The position numbers and the translations under genes are program-made. The notes beneath the pieces are model-generated. The model made no database searches and was not told where the DNA came from. It was given only the letters and a program-made list of their open reading frames with translations. Shown here piece by piece: positions 55,456 to 64,000 of a stretch of 64,000 nt of DNA (position 1 is the first letter of the stretch; each line of letters opens with the position of its first letter). The stretch comes from Eledone cirrhosa (Eukaryota), in assembly GCA_964016885.1 (NCBI GenBank), contig OZ024741.1, positions 210,366,001-210,430,000 on the forward strand, given 5' to 3'.

Positions 55456-56613
55456 CGAAGGAAATGTGGTGAGGAACCAGGTGGACCATAACGCACCAAA
55501 GTACTCAATACTTAGGGTAGTAGAGTGGGTAATAGGAACCAGTAAGACCCCGACGGCTGAGCTCAAGCCGTTTCGACGGCTAATTCTGGACTAAATGAAA
55601 ATTTATCCTGGTATATAAATAGTCGAGCTTCTCAAGGGGTAATTCCATATATGGTCAAAGTGGTTGTCGCAAGGATTGGTCACAAGTTAGTAGTAATTCT
55701 GTGATGGCAAATTAGTGGGGGAGAGGGTGGCTAAACCTGCCAGTAGGTTTGGGCGGGGTGGATTCTGAATTTATTTTTCCGTATTCTACTTTTACCTCGT
55801 ACGAACTTTCATGTAGCTTGTATAAGAACTTTTGTAGCGTGGCGGTACCATTAGAGTTAGCATTAGTATATTTTTTTCGGGACTCAGAATTATTATCTCG
55901 TACTAGTTTACTTTTCTGCACTGGGTGGTTGCTGGCCTTGTGCCCGGGGTAGAAACCTTTATTAATTATTTCGTGGTAGTTTCTTTAGTATTTTGGCACC
56001 CATTGTTGACCCGTCACCGTATGATATACGTACTTATACCTCTTAAAAGGGTCCTTTCCTATTCCGTCCCACCTAGTTTATTTACTTATTTTATTTCTTT
56101 ATTTCTTTATTTCTTTCTTTCTTTCTTTATTTATTTATTTATTTATCTAGCCTAGCAATAGCTAGAGACTTAGGTCGTAGAAATTGCTTATATTTTTTTC
56201 TTTACATTTATTCGCTTTTTATCACTCTCAGTATTTTTTTTTTTTTTTCATATATAAATATTTTTACCCTTCATTGTTCTACTTACCGTTTCGACTTCCT
56301 CTCCCTCCCCCTCCCTAGTATCTTCTTTGACCTCATGCCCAGCTGTAGCCGGCACTACCAACGCATGATAGCGTCTACTCCACCCCCTCCCCTTTTTCTC
56401 CTACTGGCAGGTTTAGCCACCCTCTCCCCCACTAATTTGCCATCACAGAATTACTACTAACTTGTGACCAAACCTTGTGACAACCACTTTGACCATATAT
56501 GGAATTACCCCTTGAGAAGCTCGGCTATTTATATACCAGGATAAATTTTCATTTAGTCCAGAATTAGCCGTCGAAACGGCTTGAGCTCAGCCATCGGGCT
56601 CTTACTGGTTCCT
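55453..56613. mobile_element. Family A insertion: tail plus inverted terminus (55453-55747), body, terminus (56400-56613); U3-A8 hammerheads at 55547-55640 (minus) and 56507-56600 (plus)
   Basis: About 215-bp inverted arms. ACCCC-TTGAGAA-G..C-GAAA-CGGCTTGAGCTCAGCC-GTC-GGGGT. Confidence 0.85.
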
Positions 56614-56624
56614 ATATATATATA

Positions 56625-56850
56625 TAATATATAAGATCAAAAGATGGTTAAAAGAGTTCCATGTATTTTATTATGCGCATTTCAAAAACAAATATCATCA
56701 TGTTTTTGAAATGCGCTTAATAAAATACATGGAACTCTTTTAACCATCTTTTGATCTTATATATTATGTATACTCCAGTCCTACAAACTGTAGAGTGCTT
56801 CTTATCCGATATCTGCATTGCTTTATTGTACTACAGTAAAACTCACCTCC

Positions 56851-56852
<2 letters not shown>
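56625..56852. mobile_element. Palindrome plus tail of the 7020/23150 PLE family terminus
   Basis: The arms match 9165-9226 and the tail matches 26326-26412. Confidence 0.88.
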
Positions 56853-56905
<53 letters not shown>

Positions 56906-57029
56906 GCGGCGAGATCTAGAAGTAATTTAGAATATGTAACCTATCTCGATGGTTTTGGTAAGTCTTGTCTCAATTGGTGGAAAGTATTAAGTCCAAAGAT
57001 TATAATTACATCTGAATAGAAAATAGCGA

Positions 57030-57128
57030 CATTTCTCTCTCCCTTCTATCACCCCTCTCCCCCTCTCTCCCTCCCTTTTATCACATTTCTCTCTCTTCTA
57101 TCACCTCTCAGTCTCTCCCTTCTATCAC

Positions 57129-57162
<34 letters not shown>

Positions 57163-57980
57163 CAGCCTCTTTCCCTCCCTTCTATCACCTCCCTCTCCCT
57201 CTCACTCTCTCCCTCCCTTCTATCACCTCTTCCCCTTCCCCTCTCTCCCGTTCTCTCTTCCATCCCACCTCTCTCCTCTCCTACTCTCGACTATTCTTGC
57301 CTCTCTTTCGTCAACGCTCCTATCCTCTCTCATACCCCCTCTCATTCTCTCTCACTATTCCTCATTTTCTCTCTCCTCTCTCTCCCTCTCTCCTCTCTCA
57401 TTCGTCTCTCCCACTCTGCCTCCCATCCTCTCTCCTCTCCCACTCTCCCTCCCATCCTCTCGCACTCACTCTCCCTCTCCTTCTCCCTTTCCCATCTCCA
57501 CCCCACGCCTTATCACGTTTTGTTATTGTAAATAAGATGGAAATAGAAATGTTTCAATGTCTAATCGGGATTGGGGTGGGGGGGGGGGGGGTAGTGAGGG
57601 TTGGGGGAGGGGTTGGTGAGATGTTTAGGGATTGGTGAGATGGGGGATATTTTGTCTGTGTATTTGTGGTGTGGCGGTGTGGTGTGGTGGTGTGGTGTGG
57701 TGGTCTGGTGTGGCGATGTGGTGTAGTGACGTGGCGGTGTGGTGTGGTGGTGTGATGTGGTGGTGTAGTGTGGTAGTGTAGTGTGTTGGTGTGGCGGTGG
57801 TATGGTGGTGTGGCGGTTTGGTGTGGCGGTGTGGTGTTGTGGTGTGGCGGTGTAGTGTGGTAGTGTGGTAGTGTGGTGGTGTGGTGTGGTGGTCTGGTGT
57901 GGCGGCGTGATGTGGTGGCGTGGCGGTGTGGTGTGTTTTGGTGGGGTGTGTGGGGTGGGGGGGGGCGTGGTGTAGTGGAT
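57030..57980. repeat. CT-rich tract (57030-57510) followed by GT-rich (GTGTG/GTG)n low-complexity tract (57570-57980)
   Basis: Base composition. Confidence 0.85.
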
Positions 57981-58079
57981 CAAGCATCAAATCCATGAGA
58001 TTTAATTTATAATCACCAGGCGGGAGATTGCAGCCAAGAGTAAACACGCTGAACAGAAATATATGACACGATAAATAAC

Positions 58080-58476
58080 AATACTAATAATATTGTTTCT
58101 ACTTTTGGCACAAGGCCAGCAATCACCCCAGTACATTACTGGTACTTTATTTTATCGACCCAGTCAGGATGAAAGGCAAACCTCGGCATAATAATTGTTT
58201 CTACTTTTGGCACAAGGCCAGCAATTACGCCAGAACATTACTGGTACTTTATTTTATCGACCCAGTCAGGATGAAAGGCAAACCTCGGCATAATAATTGT
58301 TTCTATTTTTTGGCACAAGGCCAGCAATTACTCAGTACATTACTGGTACTTTATTTTGTCGACCCCGTAAGGATGAAAGGTAAAGTTAACCTAGGCGGGA
58401 TTTGAACTCAGATCATAAAGGGACATAACTATGGTAGAAAGCATGGCATCTGATCCTCTGCCGATACTGCCATTTC
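58080..58476 (-). mobile_element. Full tRNA-derived SINE followed by two tandem ~102-bp repeats of its 3' half
   Basis: ATTGTTTCTA.TTTTGGCACAAGGCCAGCAAT occurs three times (about 58092, 58194 and 58296). Confidence 0.88.
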
Positions 58477-59467
58477 ACTACACACACATACATACACACG
58501 CAAACACACACACACACACACACACATGTATGTACATATGTATACACATTTATATATATATATATATATGTATATTATATATATATATATATATATAAGT
58601 AGAAGTTGTATTTAGATGTTTATAACTGATTTAGAGCGCTCAACAATTACTGGAGTATTTACATATAAATGTGTATATATATGTGTATTTACATATAAAT
58701 GTGTATATATAAATATAAGTAACACTGCACGGCTTAATTCGGGTTGTTTGTTTACATATATAGCAGTTGAGCAGTTGAAGTATAAGGACGTGTTTTTACT
58801 TCTCTCCCCGAGTAAGCAGCAAGTCACACAGCCACAAAACAAAACCACAAGACAAAACCAAACAAACAAAAATTGACCGGTTAATACATTTTCATACATC
58901 TATATTATTATATATTTGAAAATTGACCGGTTAATACATTTTTCATACATCTATATTATTATATATTTGAAACCACGTGTTTTCGAACTTGTGAGTACAT
59001 TTTCCTTTAACTACAAATTATTATTATATACTTTCGTCTTTTCATTAACTTAATTAATTTCAAATAACCAGAATATACATATATATATATATATATATAC
59101 TCATATTTATATATATACGCTTCTCACTCACACACAAGAAAAACAAAAAACAAAAATAAATCAAAAATAAATTTAAAAAAAATATATATATATTGAAATA
59201 CTTAACTAAAACACACACACACGAACTTGTGAGTACATTTTCCTTTAACTACAAATTATTATTATATACTTTCGTCTTTTCATTAACTTAATTAATTTCA
59301 AATAACCAGAATATACATATATATATATATACTCATATTTATATATATACGCTTCTCACTCACACACAAGAAAAACAAAAAACAAAAATAAATCAAAAAT
59401 AAATTTAAAAAAAAAAAATATATATATTGAAATACTTAACTAAAACACACACACACTCAAAACTAGA

Positions 59468-60646
59468 ATGGCTAACCAGCAAAAATCCAAACAGAACTGG
59501 TCTGATAATGAAATCGACATTCTAATAAACACATGGCATTGCCTTTCCCAAACTGAAGACATACATGCTTCATCTCTGAACGACATTGCTAAACGTACAG
59601 TTCAATTTTTGAAAACTCGATCTGAACAACAGATTCAAAATAAATTAAAGCAAATCGAAATTGCTTTTAAATTAATCAATAAACATTTGGATAAACTACG
59701 GTGTGTTTTCTCTTCGAATGCTGTCCAGCAGCAGCAACAACAACAACAGCAGCTACAACAGCAACAACAACAACAGCTACAACAACAACATCAACAACAA
59801 CTACAACAACAACATCAACAACAGCAACAACAACAACAACGACAACAACAGTGTGAACCACTCCTTGATTCATCAACAATGGCCGATCTACTAAATGAAA
59901 CTATTGACCCCCCAGTAGCCTCTGTCTCACAGCATGAAACGCCACATCCTTTCTCTGGCCCAGCAGTCCAATCATCACCACTACCAACATCTCTGCCTAC
60001 TACTACTACAACTACTACTACAACATTTTTGTCTACTGCTATGTCAAGGAATTTACCTTCTAATACCAGAGCAAGAACTCTCCCTCCCACAGTCCACAAA
60101 GGTCGTCAAATCCTACCCAAACCATCATCTACACCTCTCACAACACCCACACCCACATACCCACCCACTCGAAACCCCATCATTTGCCGCTACTCTCTAC
60201 GCTATAGAATATGTACGGATAGTGGCTGCAAATTCACCCATTTACCTAGGACAAAACGATCTATCCCCACAAACAGCCACCACCATAATACATACTCTAA
60301 TTTAACACCAATACAACCACCAATAACTCAAACAAGGAATCCACAAATCTGCCGTTTTTCCCTGCGAGACAGATTGTGTTTAGACCGGGATTGTCCCTTT
60401 ACCCATCTCCCGGGGACCCGTCGGATAAATGAAAATAAAATTAAAAATAAAAGCAAAAACAAAAACCATAACCTACATAAAAATAACCACTACCACAGTC
60501 ACCAACAGTCTTCTAAACAGGAAACTTCTTCCTCTTTTTTAGCCATAATGAATCTGGCAAAAGAACTGGAAAAAAACATTCGAGCTATCACCCAGCACCA
60601 CCCTCCACTATCACCCCACTGCACAAACTCCCATTGCTGCCATTAA
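59468..60646 (+). CDS. LINE ORF1: Myb/SANT-like N-terminus, polyQ, two CCCH zinc fingers
   Basis: NWSDNEIDILINTW..RSEQQIQNKL, CRYSLRYRICTDSGCKFTH and CRFSLRDRLCLDRDCPFTH. Confidence 0.85.
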   Translation: MANQQKSKQNWSDNEIDILINTWHCLSQTEDIHASSLNDIAKRTVQFLKTRSEQQIQNKLKQIEIAFKLINKHLDKLRCVFSSNAVQQQQQQQQQLQQQQQQQLQQQHQQQLQQQHQQQQQQQQRQQQCEPLLDSSTMADLLNETIDPPVASVSQHETPHPFSGPAVQSSPLPTSLPTTTTTTTTTFLSTAMSRNLPSNTRARTLPPTVHKGRQILPKPSSTPLTTPTPTYPPTRNPIICRYSLRYRICTDSGCKFTHLPRTKRSIPTNSHHHNTYSNLTPIQPPITQTRNPQICRFSLRDRLCLDRDCPFTHLPGTRRINENKIKNKSKNKNHNLHKNNHYHSHQQSSKQETSSSFLAIMNLAKELEKNIRAITQHHPPLSPHCTNSHCCH

Positions 60647-63600
60647 CAAACAAACAAATTAACAACACACCAAAACAATTAAAACCATCCACTCTCGCCT
60701 CTACATTTTTGCTTAACGCCCAAGGCATCAGCCCTTCCACCAATACTCAAAAATGGAAGATCAAATTCCTGGAGGACTGGATTGATGTCCATCCAAACCA
60801 CATCCCTTTCTTCGTCCTCACTGAAACCCATCTCAGTAACCTCCACTTGGAAGCCGAGGTGAAAGTGAAAAATTTCAAAGCCATCCGTGCTGATCGCGCT
60901 GGCAGAAGAAAGGGCGGAACTGCCATTTATGTCCATAATTCTTTCTCAACAGAGGCTATGAACATATTCACTAATGGATACTGTGAGGCAGTCACTGTAT
61001 TCAGTCAAACCAACAACCTATTAGTAGTTGGGCTCTATAGGCCACCCCAAACGCCTGTACCATGCTTCAAGGAATGCCTCAACAGCATAAAGTGTTTCAT
61101 CCAAGAGTGTCACCCTGACAACATCTTAATGATGGGGGACTTCAACCTCCCCGGAGTTGACTGGTCCACAAACACCCTGCCACCAGGTTCTTCTGCCTCA
61201 ACCTCTGACAGGGAAGCTGTGGAATCGCTTCTTGACTTCATGGATGATTTCTTCCTATCCCAACTAGTGCTCGAACCAACGAGGTGCCACAAAAACGTCC
61301 TAGACTTAATTTTCAGCAATCACACTGACAATATCCACAATATTGCAGTGGAGAAAACTCTACTCTCTGATCATGACATGGTTCTCTGTGATCTGAGATT
61401 CCACCGTCCAATATACAAACCCAATGTCATCTCTCCTGTCCATCCGTTTGACGCTATGGATTTCCACAATGCAAACTGGGAAGCGATCAGTCATGATCTT
61501 GCACATGTCGACTGGTCCTTCACACACACTCATACACCCACTAACATCAAAAAGTCCTGGCAGACATTTGTGGACACTGTTACAAACATATGTGCTAAAC
61601 ACACCCCATTAAGAACTATAAACAAATCTAAGAGCAGAATCCCTAGAAATAGAAAAACGCTCATCAGAAAAATTAAGAGAACGAACAAAAAAATCAACAA
61701 GCTGAAATACTGTCAGCAGCAACACATCAACTTGACTGCCATTTCATCACTAGAGATTAAAAAACATAACCTCCAAAACAACATAATGTCCCTCATCAAC
61801 AATCAGAGAAGAGCTGAAGAGGCCTGGGCCATTGAGGTAGATCAAACTCAATCCCAAAGTGTTCTTTTCATTTGCAAAAAAACACAAAATCACTGGCTCT
61901 ACTGTTGGCCCTCTAATTGATGAAAATGGCACTCTTCAAGACAATGCTAAAACCATGGGTGAGATACTGCAGAAACAATACTGCTCTGTTTTCAGCAATC
62001 CTGATATGGCCGATCTGGGCTGTATCGGCGATGTTACTCCCCATTACACCTTATCGGACATAACGTTTGGCGCCCCTGATGTCCTGGCGGCAATAAAGGA
62101 AATCAAGCATAATTCAGCAGTAGGTCCCGATAGGTTCCCTGCTTGTGTCTTGAAGGCGTGTCAACACCAACTTGCTTCTCCTCTTGCCAATCTGTGGCGG
62201 AACTCACTGGATGCTGGATATGTGCCAGAAAACCTTCTATCCCAGTCTGTTGTCCCAGTTTTCAAAAAGGGAAACAAATCCCTTGCCGTGAATTACCGTC
62301 CAATCTCACTCACCTCTCATATCATTAAGGTATTTGAGCAAGTGGTGAGATCGCGAATGACCCACTTCCTTGAGAGTAACAATATGCTGAACTCCAACCA
62401 GCATGGATTCCGTAATGGAAGGGATTGCCTGACGCAACTACTGCATCACTTTGATGACATTTTGAGAGCCTTGGGAGAGGGTTCCAACACTGATGTTATC
62501 TACCTTGATTTCAGCAAGGCCTTTGACAGGGTTGATCATAACATTCTACTGAGAAAGCTGTCCAATATTGGTGTCACTGGAAAGCTGCTGCAGTGGATCA
62601 AGAGCTTCCTGTCAAACAGAACCCAACATGTTGTAGTTGAGGGAGTCAAATCAAGCCCAGCCAAAGTCAGTAGTGGAGTCCCACAAGGCACTGTGTTGGG
62701 CCCACTTCTCTTCATCATCTATATTAATGACATCACTGACATCATCAAACACAGCAACATTAAAATTTTCGCTGATGATTCCAAGCTCCAAAAGGTCATC
62801 AATGGCGTGGATGACCGGATAAGCCTTCAGTCAGACCTACTGGCTGTTACCCAATGGGCAGAAAAGAACATGTTACTGAACGAAGACAAATTCGAACTGA
62901 TCCACTTTGGAAAAGAGGATGCTCTGAAACTCCCGTACTCCCTTCCATCCGGGGAAACTCTCGTGGCATCTAACAACATCAGAGACTTGGGAGTAACCGT
63001 GGACAGCAACATAAGCTGGGCCACGCATATAAGCAGCAAAGTTGACATGGCCCGCAGAATGTGTTCCTGGATCCTCAGAACCTTCCAGTCGAGAGATTCC
63101 CGCACCATTATCCTTCTCTTCTCTACTTTCGCCCGACCTCACCTTGAATACTGTTGTCCACTGTGGTCTCCCCACACGAAACAAAGTATCATGAAACTTG
63201 AAGCTCCTCAAAGGGCAATCACGAAAAAGATAGATGGCATGTCAGACCTTGACTACTGGGGTCGATTGGAAAACCTGAAACTTTACTCACTCCAACGTCG
63301 CCGTGAGCGTTATATTATCTGCATGATGTGGAAAATGTTCCATCATCACTGCCCAAATGATGTTGGCATCGCCTTCAAGATACACCCAAGGCTTGGGCCC
63401 CGTGCTATCCGTCCCATTCAAAAATCTAAATCGCAACTCATAACAACAATACGGCACAATTATTTCACCTCAATCGGCCCTGCTCTCTTCAACATCACAC
63501 CAGGACACGTCAAAACAGAAACTGACCACACAAAATTCAAGAAGTCTTTGGACAAATTCCTCCAAGTAATCCCGGACAAACCACCCACACCCGGATATGT

Positions 63601-63652
63601 CTCCGCAAACAGTAATTCTCTTCTCGAATGGGCCATGGTGCCCAAATCCTGA
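60517..63652 (+). pseudogene. LINE ORF2 (APE endonuclease plus RT) with one +1 frameshift at about 61837-61841
   Basis: LLNAQG, LTETHL, GLYRPP, MGDFN, LDLIF, SDH, GPD, YRPISLTS, QHGFR, YLDFSKAFD, GVPQGTVLGP, FADD and RDLGV. Removing one base joins AIEV to IKLNPKVFFSFAKK. Confidence 0.92.
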
Positions 63653-63726
63653 ATTGAAAGACTTCGCCAGGTGGTGCTATTAAGTTAGACATGGCCTGGG
63701 CCAATACTGGCCAAAACATTTCAAAG

Positions 63727-63763
<37 letters not shown>

Positions 63764-63811
63764 AGCTACTGTACGTCTGTATACATATATGTATGTACGT
63801 ATACATACATA

Positions 63812-63933
<122 letters not shown>

Positions 63934-63936
63934 AGT

Positions 63937-63985
<49 letters not shown>

Positions 63986-64000
63986 AGTACACACACACAC

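Larger units (their letters stand above)
58598..63727 (+). mobile_element. Near full-length APE-type LINE (CR1/Jockey group), inserted in (TA)n
   Basis: 5' UTR with internal tandem duplications (49 bp at 58870-58970; ~238 bp at 58984-59455), then ORF1, ORF2 and a short 3' UTR. Confidence 0.9.

Overview
This is eukaryotic, AT-rich, microsatellite-saturated DNA with no supportable host gene. The tRNA-derived SINEs and repeat landscape suggest an octopus or other cephalopod genome (inference). The window holds two head-to-tail R4/Dong-type RLE non-LTR retrotransposons (one with an uninterrupted 1130-aa ORF), a near-complete APE-RT LINE at the right end, and remnants of a Helitron, a mariner and a CRE-like element. 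It also has many SINEs and a very dense population of Penelope-like elements (PLEs) and their termini inserted in (TA)n/(CA)n. Reading the PLE termini by eye gives more than 20 type I hammerhead ribozyme (HHR) motifs from roughly ten families. Two unrelated families carry a compensatory U3-A8 core and one family has a fixed CAGANGA core. The best candidate for a new system is a ~409-bp tandem-arrayed, HHR-bearing mini-PLE (36680-38025) that looks like a retrozyme derived from a PLE by internal deletion. Also notable are two fixed 3' ends per PLE family in back-to-back insertions, and canonical -1 slippery heptamers in the LINE ORF1/ORF2 overlap. All folds, alignments and clade calls were made by eye and need computational and experimental confirmation.
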